The notes under the pieces: generated by a model
What the model saw: only the letters and a program-made list of their open reading frames with translations
The model's database searches: none
What the model was told of the DNA's origin: nothing
Shown: piece by piece, positions 14,022 to 26,460 of the stretch
How positions within the stretch are numbered: the first letter of the stretch is position 1
How the letters are laid out: each line of letters begins with the position of its first letter
Program-made: the position numbers and the translations under genes
DNA from: Epiperipatus broadwayi
Lineage: Eukaryota > Animalia > Onychophora
Assembly: GCA_028023455.1 (NCBI GenBank)
Contig: JAQFVV010000005.1
Span: forward strand, 10,726,001 to 10,790,000
Length of the DNA stretch: 64,000 bases
Direction of reading: 5' to 3'

Positions 14022-17000
14022 CAATTTAAAATATATTTTAATAAATGTGACTGATTGAAATATGCTCATAAAATAGTAAATTCAATAAATGAATTGTGAA
14101 AATGTTAGAAAAGTTATTATGAGTATTCATAGAACTGGACGCTTTACATGATGAAAAATTGCTGGTAAAATAATTTTAGAAATTAGATTCTTCTCATTCA
14201 ATGAAACAACATAGAATACAAATGTACAAACAATGTTTTTAGCTGTAGCCACAGCTGCATCATTGGCTATTGCAGAATAATATAGCAAAAGAATATATTA
14301 CATTAAGAAAGTTGAAGAATGATATCATAAGTTTTAATTCATCTCATTGTATTAAATTTTTTTATGTGACTAATATTAAAATTATTCTCTTGAATATTTT
14401 GTCTGATACCTGGACAGTGTTAGTTTTTGTGTCCCATAGAAACCTTGTTACTACTAATCAACTCTTATTTATTTTCTTTCTTTTGTATAAATAAATGAAA
14501 CTCATTTTGATGATAGTTTCTATAATATATTTTTAATTTATATATGCATCACATAAATTTAATCTCTTACCAATAAATTATAGTTTATGTATAGAATGTT
14601 TAGCATAAAGAATGTATGAAGTTACTTTGAGTATAGAAAAGTAACCCTGTATTCATTTATGTTGAATTAATCTTTTTTTGATTATTAATAAAAATTAGAT
14701 ATTTACCATTAAAAATTATATTGCGGGCAACAACTTGAAATTTAGTTACTGTGTTTTCTTACTTTCTTTATTTTATAACATAATCCATTTAAAGTCCAAT
14801 AAATTTTGATTACATTTTCATGAGCTTGTTATATATAGTTAAAGATTTTAACTATACATCCATCCACAGAAAAATTTTCAACAAACTCAGATGTATTAGT
14901 AAATATGTTCTACAAAACAATTCATTAAATGTATTGTTTTGAAAATATATATAATACTTAAAATATTTTAACAGTGATAATTGAAATCATTGATTGTGTC
15001 AACATTTGTAGTTTAATTTAAAAAGGTAATTCTAGGCTGTGAGCCATAGTTGTCTATCTGATTTTTTTATCATTATCGGCACTTCTCTTATCAATCCAGT
15101 TAAATCTGTTTTCCTTACTCTCTAACTAAGAATATCTGGAAATTACTTGCTGGCTAATTAACCATTGACCATTTATCTAAGAAAAAAAAATTATTTAATT
15201 GAAAATTTTCAAGGTTCACTTGATTTAATCTCAAACTGCAGATATTGGATATGGCAGGCAAATACTCTAACTACTATCTACTTACTTATATTTAATTTTA
15301 AATTATTGTTTCAAAGCTTTCTGCCTATTAAAACTTTCAAATTATTAAAATTGCACTGAGCAAAGTAAGAATTCAATGAGTTTTATAGATAATAAGCATT
15401 ATATTTTAGAAAACAAATGCATTATTTCAAAGAAGCCACAAAAACTTGGTGATAATAATTATTAAAATTATAATTTCGAATTACTATTTTTTATCGAAAT
15501 TCAATTATTATTTGTTTTTATAATTCAAAAATGTTTAAATCTTCTAATGGTATTAGTCAAATGTATTAGTTTTGATGTACTTTATTACATTGGAAGTATT
15601 AATTTATTTTTATATTCTATTCCAAAAATAATAGGCTCTAGATCCTAATACTTTATCCAGATGCTATCAGTTTACTTTCTTGCTATTGGATTTACACACA
15701 CACAGCAGCAATTTTTATTTTTTATACTCTCCAACCAAATAATCTGAGATTAAAAAACATCTTAAATTTTTGAATTCTCTCTAATTAGTTTGTAGATATA
15801 CAAATTTATATTTGACCTCAAACTATTTTAGTTAGTTAATTTAGGCAACTTTTGTTTTTCGTCAAAGATATAAAAATTTTAATGTTTTGGGTTTCTGCCC
15901 CTAGAAGGATGAAATGTCAAAATAATTTTCCTTGAATCCTCACAATTAGAACACTTAAGTGGTTTCATTATTAAAATGTAAGTGAATAAACACGCCTTAT
16001 CATTTCACAGACTTTTGATCTTCAATATTAAAATAACTATAATAATCACACACTTTTCATCTCTCAATTGATTGAACACTTGGAAAAATTTAGTTATGCT
16101 ACTAGACGTTTGGCAGCATACAATTTTTATTACTTAACTAATTTTTAGTTGTAATGTCCTAATAAATAGCTTAATGATAGAATCGTTTTTAATAACAGAT
16201 AACCACATTTTATTAATAGAACTAATAATCTATTAATATTTTTAATGCATAAGTATTTAAAGCATGTAAATAATATGTAATTATTACTATTACAATGAAG
16301 TTTAAACATGCTTTTCTTTATTGTCACAAAGTTTATTTGTCACTAATAATATACTGGATAACTTCACATTATTTCAAGCTATTCTTTCTTAATTGACTTT
16401 GGATGAAATACAATATTTTATTATTGAATTTATTATTACTTTATAACAATATAAAATAACTCAACCTCATGAGCTATTTTGAAAAAATAAATCATATTAC
16501 TAATTACATCCCCCCTCCCCTTTGTCCAGGGTGGAATTAAAACAAATAATGCTTGTAAGATTGTGTTGGATTGGCATTCACTATACATTTTTTAAATAAA
16601 AAGCAAAATAAAAAATACTAGCATTATAAATTTTTACCACACTTATACATATAATAGCGTGAGTTGGATGATTCAAATTACAAATGATTAAGAAGGATTA
16701 TAGAGAATTGACACAGACAGGTTACATAATTATAGATAAACGATTGTCGAATGCCAGAAAATTAAAGTAGACAAAATGAATAAATGAAACAAAACAGTAT
16801 TATACGATTAGTTGAGTTATATCTTAATGGAAGGTGACTTTCAAGTGGCTTGGGTATATTATCATGATTCTCTGGAATGCCAATGCAGACAGATCCTATC
16901 TTGTGGTGGCATTTTTGGATTTCAGAGCAGGCATATTATAAGTAGATGACAAACATGCCTTCTCAGTCTTTGCATTTTGATAGGCAGTCTTGGATGGGAG

Positions 17001-20000
17001 GAGCTAAATTGCGGCATGGTGAGAAGACGGTCTCCGACAGATGTGGAAAGGTGACTTGATTCCCCCTACTCAAACAGTATTTCAAGATTCCAAATAACAT
17101 GGAGTAAGTTAGCAATGCAGTAGAATAATATTTCCTTTTTTTTTTTCAGAAATAAATTCATCCCCATTTATACTCTGTCTAAAATATTTCAGGAATGCTT
17201 TTTGCTAGTTACTTGAGTCAATGTCCAAAAGACTTTCTTAGCACAATTGTTCTTAAGAAAGCTATACATTGATATTGCATTTTAATAAGATATATGTATT
17301 AATAAGGTCTGGAAATCTATTTTTAGAAATTTCTGTTAAAATATTTTAGATCAAAAGAATATAAAATCTCCATTAGCAGTTATTAATGGAAATTTTAAGT
17401 AATATTAGTGAATGTAAAATATTTATAATACAATGAGGTGGCTTCTGCAATTTTGAGCTATTTCCAGAATCTTCTCAATAACTGAATCTTCCTTTCTGCC
17501 ATTATGTAAAAAAATACATATATAAATTGAAATAGATATTATATATAAGTTTATACTTTTATTAACTATAAAATAATCACAAAATACTATAACAACTAAC
17601 CAATGTGAAATATGATAAACACAACAATTAATTAATTCCAAATGTGGTTTTATTAACATTACGCAATAACTCATAGAAATATACATCAGCTTACAGCAAA
17701 ATAATATACCTTCATAAATAAATTATTCGTATGTTTTAAAAAGACTCATACTATTTCAAAATATATTCATATGATAATATTCTGAGAACTTTAATATTTT
17801 AAAACATAGCACATAACATGACCAATAATATATACACATTATAACATAGTATAAAATGATAATACAAATAAATTTAACCTTTTTTTTTTATCATAAAATC
17901 AATTATATTAAGTAATAATGTCTTTCTGTTTCATTCTTGACAAATTCTCCATTACTTGAATATAAAGAAGGCTGTTGGCAATAGTATCTAGTGAACAGCA
18001 CATATCCATTATATACTATAATTCATAATATACTTAAAAGATATATAACACGTTTCTTCAGATATCCTGGGAAAATTCAATTCATTCTATTATTAAGTAC
18101 ATGATAAGTTAATGGCCATTCATTCAATGTATTCATAGATTTAGTCTCACAAACATTCATAGTATTGTATTATATATCAAATCATTAAATTTAGGTTTCT
18201 TAAATTAAATTAATCCATTTAGCAGGGTATTCTAAATTGGTATTAGCAATATATAGTACAATAAAACTTCAATTATTATTCTTCATTAATATTGTTGAAC
18301 ATTTGCAGGAGACAATGGTTTGACTTAACTGTTATCTTCAAGACCTATGGTTTCCATAACAATGCACGGAGAGAAGAAATCATTTACGAGTTTTAAACAT
18401 TTATGTAGGCAGTATAAATAAAGAAAAGTAGAAAATTATTTAAATTCTTTAATATCAAGTTACTACTGCAGGTAAAATTGATATTATCATTTTATTCAAT
18501 AAAACAATTTTAAATTCACATATTTTATCAATTAAACAGTTTGTAGTAAGTTAAATTTTATCACCCCACCTGAAGAGAAAATCAAATAAGTCATTATAAT
18601 ACTAAAAAAACTTTGTGCTGTTTTTTTTTTTTAAATAATAAATAGGATCTTTTAAAGAAATGATGCAGCACAAGTAAATTATGATATTAGTAAGTAATCG
18701 ATTTTAGTCAATTCTTTTTCTTTTGCAGAATTAATTATTATTGAATATCTAAAAATATTTGCCATGTCAATTTATAGTTCCTATTTAAATTACAGTTTTT
18801 ATTCCATGTAAATTAATTCCTAATAATATTGACTGGAGAAGCTATTAAAAAATTATTAGTGTTTTTGATAATGTTCTTTTCAATAATAGAATTAGATATT
18901 CCTTGACAATTTTAATAATATAAACATTCGGTTTATTTCTAAAATTGATAATTGTTCTCCAGTGATAGCAATAAACAATAATTTTCAGTTTTTCATCATA
19001 GAAAATTTTAAAATTAGTATTCTAAATACTGTAATAACAAATTATATTACTATTCCATTGGCAGTTATAGACTTCAATTCACTTGGTGTTTCTGTTCAGA
19101 CCATTGTGTCAAGATATGTTTAGCCTAACATACTGAATTTAATAAAAACAAGTTTTAAAGAAAATTACACTTTTTTAAAAATTTAGTAGAGTTTAAAATT
19201 CAACTGTTACAAAATTAAATTGATTGAGAACCTTGAAAAAGTAAAGAGAGTGGTGTCAGGTATTCTTACCCTATTTATAGCCTTGGTCATATAACCATTT
19301 TACTAGATGTTTTATTTATCTTTGAACTTACAACTACTATTCTCATTAGTTTGAATCCTTGATCTATCTATCACCAAGGAAAGTTGTTAATCAAAAATTT
19401 AATTAAAATTTTAATTTTGCAATACATGAATATGTTTCTCTATATACTTGAATTAATTAAAAATACTTAGTTGAATAAAAATAATTAAAAACTACAAACT
19501 AACTAGGATAAAAATAAAATATTACATGATATAAAATGTATACCATGTCCTTAACCAATTATATATTAATGCAATATTTAATATTTATTTATTACAATTT
19601 TAAATCTAAACAAATGTCAGAATAAACTAAATAATATTAAATATATTTATTCATTCATTCAGCAATTATTCAACTATTAAAAATCCTAATTTAATAATTA
19701 ACTTTATTAAATTTTTTATCTTTAAATTAGTTTTAAAATATTTTACTGCAATATTCTGTTTTATATTCAAAGTTAATTAAATATTGTAGTGCAAACCAAA
19801 ATATAGGGTTCGAACTTGGTTTTTTAACTTTAATATTAATATAAGCTTTTTATCATTGACATTACTAACTTTTAAGATTTAAAGATGTTTAACATCTGTA
19901 AACATTTATTTAAATTAAAACTCATTATTATTTAAGCTATGTCAAAATTATTTTATAGCTAGAGAATTGATAAATACTGATACAGCACTTCTAACATGTA

Positions 20001-20631
20001 ACAGTTATGGCTTTATAAAATATTCACAATAGTTTACTTAAAGCAACATTAAACTATATAAAAAAACTTTTTTTAGATATCTTAGCACAGAAATTCAACT
20101 GAACATTTAGTTTTTGCCAAAGATATAGGTTATAATATATATATATTATAACAGTATACATATGCCGTTACATCATTTTAAGATGAAAATTAAAAAGGGA
20201 AAGATCTGTAAATAAAGCTGATTAATATTCAAATAATAGTTATAAAATTGCACAGATGGAAAACTTAAATAATTACTTAAAAAATACGTTAAAGTAAAAA
20301 AAAAAATCTAAAGATAAAAGATTATTATTTTTTAAAGTAATGTAAAAAAAAATAATAATGTTAATTTGACTTCATATTTGAAAATATTTATTTTTAATTA
20401 AATTGTTAATAGCAATGTGCGTTACAATAGTATAACTTTTCTGAAAGGGCCACTCTATTGGAAAAATACTACTTTTGGTTTTTCTTAATATATTTCGAGG
20501 AAATCGTCAAAAGACTAAGTAAAAAAAAATAAACATTATATTTAAATCAAAAATATAATCAGAACGTGTTTCCAACAATAAAGTGATTAAAAAATCTAAA
20601 TTTCATTTACATATAAATTTTATTGATGTAT

Positions 20632-21225
20632 GTGATGTACTGTGGCTTCTCCTTAAACGGAGTCAGGAATCTCTCAGCAATTATACCCAGACAAACCTGT
20701 TAGCCACTTTATTTTCCAATCCCCACTCTTAAGTTTTCGCATATTCTGCTCCATCCCACTTCCACAACATAATCTGTCAACTCCATGGCCTTTATATCTA
20801 AATCCCCCTTATCTTTGTCCAAATCCAGCATAAAAACCAATAATCCACTTTCTGTATAATCATTTTTTTCATATTTATTCTTCCATACCTTCATTATTTG
20901 TACCCTTTCTGTTCAATTAACAGATGCCTAATATTTTCTATTCCTTCCTTACACAATTTACAGACTAAATTACCCATATTTTTCCATTTACATGTATATT
21001 CTCTTGTTGCTAAACATCCTGTTCGAGCCTTAAACAATAAACTGCGTTCCTTACTATTATATATTAACTCATACCTAATATTTTGTTTACTTCTATATAT
21101 ATTTAAACTCTTTTTACTCTCCATACTAGTTCTCCATCTTTCTAACTCCCTATTCTTTATTAATAAATCTATTCTTTTATCCCATTCCTTACCACTATAA
21201 CACTCAACAATCCTCCTAATACTTT
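20632..21225 (-). mobile_element. 5'-truncated 3' fragment of the same APE-type LINE family
   Basis: Minus ORFs 20894-21124 and 20709-20894 (MESKKSLNIYRSK...CKLCKEGIENIRHLL...YTESGLLVFMLDL) are near-identical to ORF 37661-38062. Confidence 0.92.
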
Positions 21226-23564
21226 ATTTCCTGGTGTCATCTAGTGGTCCAATATAGTATGTTATTACCAAGAATTGCAATAAAAATACATTAATGCAAA
21301 TAATAACATTTGGAACAAGTGTTCTGTGATATGATTATACAATTACATATACTCATAACATTTTAGATTTCTGGATTTATGATATTATGTCTGTATAATA
21401 TACTATAGAATGTTTGGATGAACAAAAAAAAAATTAAATTACGGAGCAAATTTTTAATAGGCTTTCTAGAAAGGCAAATATGAAATGTATTCTGTATTAA
21501 AATTTTGATAATGTTGCAGCAAAAAATTGCACTGATGAATTACAAAAAAAAAAACTTATAAGCAAGTGATATATTATTAATAAAATGCTATGTGTAGTTT
21601 GGTGTAATGATAAAGTGAGAAGTTCAAAAGTTAAAGCCCACAGCAGCTTAATTTTGTCATTTCTAACGTTCAAATGTCATATGACAAGTAATAAATCACT
21701 CAATTATTTTGTTTATTAATATAATAATCATTTTCTTGAAATTAGACTAATTTAATATACTCTATAAAAGATCATGGAGGGAACGCTTATATTACATCAG
21801 CAGTAATATTAGCAATTGAACCTCTTTTTTTTTTTTTTTTTAAAAAAAAAAAAGTTATAAAAATAAGAAATAATTATGTCTGAAAGTACATCCCTTCAAG
21901 AGCACCGAAAAATTGTGCCAGATAAAAAATAAAATTAGCTTCAATTTTTTTTAAAGCTCTTCCATTCATCAACATTGCATAATTATTTGCACATCATTTT
22001 TGTCTTCAATATAAATCATAATACAGAAAGGAAAAAATCACTTTAATTTTTTTTAAACCTTTTATAAGTGTAATTTTACAAGGGAAGTCTTTAAACAAAT
22101 TGTCGAGTCTTCTAATACACTGGAAAGTAAAAAAAATAATTATTCTTTAACAAATAAATATAATGTATTGTAATATCCTTAAGTTAAACAACCGATTTTG
22201 CATTTGCAAGAACTATTTTCAATTTAACATGCTAACGAGGGAGAGATAATCAAGATGTTAGTAATCACATGTAAATTGTTACTTCTTTTATTATGAAAAA
22301 TACTAAAAGATAAACTTATAATACACAACACATCAGTTCAAAATACAATATAATATATATTGTATTGTATTAAGTGTACAATCTGAAGTCAAATTCAACT
22401 TTTGGAATTCCAGCTACAACTTAACTAGAAACCAGTGGCAAGCCACAACAGATCAGCCAGTAAATACATAAATCACACTTTCCTTTAAAAGATTTAATAG
22501 AAAAGGATATTTTGTAAGTTGGTCACTAATCCCAGTACTCATGTTCTTGGAAATAGTGTGTGATGGTGATAAGCTATCAATCAACTGAATCTTTTCAAGG
22601 ATCCATTTTTTGCTTAAGTATTCATCACACCAATTGATAGTATAAGCCTTAAATATATTTAAGATTTCAAAATTTTAATTGCTTATGTTCTTTAATGTTC
22701 ACAAACTCCTAAATACAAAAAAAATATATGACTGATTTTCAATAAGGCATTCCAAAATTGATTTTCGTATTTTTAAACAAATAAATTACTATTAATGAAA
22801 CATATATTGCATATATATTTGGATAATATAAATGCATGAAAACGGCCAAGGTAAGTGTAAATATTGATTCAATAGCATTTTCATACTTGTAAATACAAAT
22901 AAAAGAGTCTGGTACATTGAAAAATTAATTCTGTGAAGTCTATTATATCAATGGTTATTATTTAAAAGTGTGCAGCAGTCAAAAAACATTTTCACACATA
23001 AAAAAATTAAAATAAATATCTTTTCAAGTTCTTATCCTGACCTATTAATTAGTATTTAATTTGTTATATAGAAAGCAGTTTTGTTATTATAATAAATGAT
23101 TTCCTATGCTTTACATAGATTTTATTTCACTATATATTTCTTTGATATAAGCAGAAATAAAACAATAAATTGTTTTCCATAGATTAAGACACTTTTTCCT
23201 TTTTGATTTCTAAGTTATTTAAAAGGCAGGCAGCAAACATTTTGGATGTTGTTAATTATTTTATAATTATTATTCATAGTATGCCACAATGTTCAATCCA
23301 ATTTTGTTTTAATTTATGTAAATATATTTTCACTACATTTAGAATCAAGGATTTATATTCTTGCAGATGATATTGCTTTATCCTATGCTGCAATTTCATA
23401 CAGTTCATCATTTATTTTTAATTAACAAATGGCTGGTTTGTTTGAATAAAACAAATGAAATACATTTTTCTTATAAATTTGTTTTATATTCTCTTGACAT
23501 TACTATTGGTAATAAATATTTTTTACATTGTAATAATACTTGTATATGTTGTAATATATCATTT

Positions 23565-23655
23565 AAACCACTAAACATCACATGATCCATTGATTGCTCT
23601 TGTTAGCACAAGATGGCACTACTATATGGAGAGTTTTGCTTTGTTTTGAATTGTT
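23565..23655. mobile_element. Short subfamily-B insertion with internal inversion
   Basis: Has 'acatcacatgatc' then an inverted arm 'cattgattgctc...tatggagagttttgc'. Exact 13-bp TSD taatatatcattt at 23552-23564 and 23656-23668. Confidence 0.8.
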
Positions 23656-24289
23656 TAATATATCATTTGTTAATTATTGTTATCTGAGCATATATTGCCT
23701 TTCTTTTTTTCATTTATCTAAATTTTTATTTAAATCAGTTTTAATTATTATTTATATTTCTTGATATGAAGGCTTATTATGTTACAATATCTCTGGAGAA
23801 CTGTTCTACTTTTGCAATGTCTAATCTATCTGTTTTACAGAATTATACAATATGTATTATTTTGATAGATTTGCTACTATTAAAACACTTACAGAACTCA
23901 TACTGTATTAGATCTTGTTTCGTTAGTATAAATTTTGTTATAAATACATGATTCTAAACTAAATTTCAATTGACTGTATGGAATTTTCTCAAGACTTCTA
24001 GTTGGAAGCAGCTTAGTTATAATGATTCCAAATTGTTTAATACATTTATGAATGAATGTTTTTTTGAATTTAACTAACAATAGTTATTTGATTTTTAAAA
24101 AATGTTTACATCATTGATTGTATTATAATACTCTTATGTGTTTTTAATCTATTTTATTATTTTTATATTATGCACTGTATGTTATTTTATACTCCTCACC
24201 CATGATTTTTCTTGCATCAAGTTTATATTACTGTATTATTTACATGTTGTTTTCAAATAAATAAAAAATAATAACCACATTCAAATGTT

Positions 24290-24497
24290 AACATCACATG
24301 ATCACTATCTTCCATGCTTGCTCATAACTGTTGTTATTATAGGCAAAACTCCCTCCATAAGCCAGAAACTAGTTTGGGGATATTGGATGAGTAGGCACTA
24401 GATAGGGATTTTATGCACAAGCCTTCTGGCATCCATTGATTATTCTGTCTTGCTTAGAGTAGCACTACTGTATGGAGAGAGTTTTGCCTATTATAAT
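24290..24497. mobile_element. Subfamily-B insertion with inversion, containing the 3' half of a hammerhead
   Basis: Forward arm 'acatcacatgatcac...aggcaaaactccctccata' then inverted arm 'agccagaaactagtttgggg...tatggagagagttttgccta'. Exact 13-bp TSD acattcaaatgtt at 24277-24289 and 24498-24510. Confidence 0.88.
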
Positions 24498-24837
24498 ACA
24501 TTCAAATGTTGCAGTAAAATTTAAAAAAAAAAAAAATTCTTCAATATTTTCTGATAAAATTAAATATATTTGATCAATAATGAATATAAAAAAACAAACT
24601 CAACATTTATCAGATTGATAATTCTATATAAAATATTTCTGATAAGTTAATTCAGATATTTTATTTAAACATCTAAAATACAAGGAATAAATCCTTTATG
24701 TTGCTTTTGCAAATTAAAAACAAATCCTAGATATGATATAGAACAAAACATCTATCCAACAACAAAACAATACATGACTACAGCTGCAATACAATCATAA
24801 CATACAAAAGCTCCCCTCAGCAATTTTTAAAAAAGAA

Positions 24838-25035
24838 AAGGCTAAAGAATATAATAATGCTAATAATAGGAGAGATGACAGATCTGCATTATCTGTTCAT
24901 TACTTAAAATATGGACATAGAATAGATTGTGTTAAGAATATAAGACCATTAAATTATATTAAAGAAATTAATAGAAGGAAGATATATGAAACTAATTACA
25001 TTAATTATAACAGAAATAATTGTATGAACATTTAT
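24838..25035 (+). mobile_element. Penelope-like GIY-YIG endonuclease C-terminal fragment
   Basis: Open frame translates KAKEYNNANNRRDDRSALSVHYLKYGHRIDCVKNIRPLNYIKEINRRKIYETNYINYNRNNCMN. This matches the PLE pattern R/K-x-KEH...SAL-x2-H-x4-GH-x2-D...RR-x3-E-x2-YI...MN. The N-terminal GIY/YIG part is not intact. Confidence 0.7.
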
Positions 25036-25545
25036 AAAATGTCAATTAATTTAACTAATAATTGGATAATGAAAAATGGATGGAGGGTTACATATTATGT
25101 TATTATCAAGATATTAAAGCATAAATTATAGGCTTGTGTTAATTTTATACAGAGCCAGTAGATGTTACTATGTATGCAATATAGGTTATTTTTGCAGTTA
25201 ACCAAGACATATTGAAAAGGACAAAAAATTAAAAATTGCCAAAAAGAGCCCCCATATGCCACAATTACATGACTATATGACAGCTATTGTCATACACTAC
25301 CCTGCTGCTAGATAGATATCCCAATCCATATCATATCTAGGATCTATTTTTAGATAACTTATTGTAGAATATTTACTGAATGAATCTAAAACTTCATTTA
25401 AATGTTCCTTCTGCTTACTGTTAAGGAATTAGACACTTAAATAGTGTAAAAAACAGTGAGGATTGCCAATTCCTCTACAAGCTTTATGATAAATGCTTAG
25501 CCAGAGCCAGCACTTAAAATATCTCTGTCAGAAACCCCTCCCCAA

Positions 25546-25588
25546 ACCCCTGACCATGGTTTCGTGCTTTGGCACTCCTCAGAGAGGT
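25546..25588 (-). ncRNA. Type I hammerhead ribozyme, unit 1
   Basis: Minus strand reads ACCUCU-CUGAGGA-GUGC-CAAA-GCAC-GAAA-C-CAUG-G-UC/AGGGGU. It has a full CUGANGA/GAAA core, 4-bp stem II, short stem III, GUC cleavage triplet (cut between 25552 and 25551) and 6-bp stem I. Confidence 0.92.
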
Positions 25589-25980
25589 GTCAGGGTAGGT
25601 TCAGACACTAGATCTAAAAATACCAACCCAAAGCTAAGCACTTAGCTAAAAGTTATCTATTGAGAGGAAAATCTGAAATTTTCAGACATGTACATGTCTT
25701 CAAACCCAGCTATCCAACTCAAATAGCTATATGGGGCTGATAGATCTTCAGCCATGCCATATAGTAGTAGTCATAGCAATATAAAATTGCATAAGACTTT
25801 TTGGCAGAGACTATAAATAGTCAAAATAAAAGTCATAGATCAATTCATAGATCACATGACCCTATCTCTTAAGCTTGTAAGTTATAAACAGTGAGGATTG
25901 CCAATTCCTCTACAAGCTTTATGATAAATGCTTAGCCAGAGCCAGCACTTAAAATATCTCTGTCAGGAACCCCTCCCCAA

Positions 25981-26023
25981 ACCCCTGACCATGGTTTCGT
26001 GCTTTGGCACTCCTCAGAGAGGT
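25981..26023 (-). ncRNA. Type I hammerhead ribozyme, unit 2
   Basis: Identical motif to 25546-25588, offset 435 bp. Confidence 0.92.
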
Positions 26024-26417
26024 GTCAGGGTAGGTTCAGACACTAGATCTAAAAATACCAACCCAAAGCTAAGCACTTAGCTAAAAGTTATCTATTGAGA
26101 GGAAAATCTGAAATTTTCAGACATGTACATGTCTTCAAACCCAGCTATCGATCTCAAATAGCTATATGGGGCTGATAGATCTTCAGCCATGCCATATAGT
26201 AGTAGTCATAGCAATATAAAATTGCATAAGACTTTTTGGCAGAGACTATAAATAGTCAAAATAAAAGTCATAGATCAATTCATAGATCACATGACCCTAT
26301 CTCTTAAGCTTGTAAGTTATAAACAGTGAGGATTGCCAATTCCTCTACAAGCTTTATGATAAATGCTTAGCCAGAGCCAGCACTTAAAATATCTCTGTCA
26401 GGAAACCCCTCCCCCAA

Positions 26418-26460
26418 ACCCCTGACCATGGTTTCGTGCTTTGGCACTCCTCAGAGAGGT
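26418..26460 (-). ncRNA. Type I hammerhead ribozyme, unit 3
   Basis: Identical motif, offset a further 437 bp. Confidence 0.92.

Larger units (their letters stand above)
1..16450 (+). repeat. Segmental duplication, copy 1 (direct orientation; may extend left of the window)
   Basis: Position 1 'atttatctactttccgtattgtaac' recurs at 28096. Collinear similarity continues through the ZNF gene to '...tattattactttataa' (~16446 vs ~46544), interrupted by copy-specific indels. Confidence 0.95.

Noticed and set aside
24341-24490. MITE defined by the 20-bp inverted repeat taggcaaaactc(c/t)ctccata
   Set aside because: The inverted repeat is internal to the TSD-bounded insert and arises from overlapping forward and inverted arms of the subfamily B unit. 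It is not terminal.
25680-25752. Second hammerhead (minus-strand CUGAAGA ... GAAG/GAAA) in the 435-bp unit
   Set aside because: No stem II closing onto a GAAA and no compatible stem I/III.
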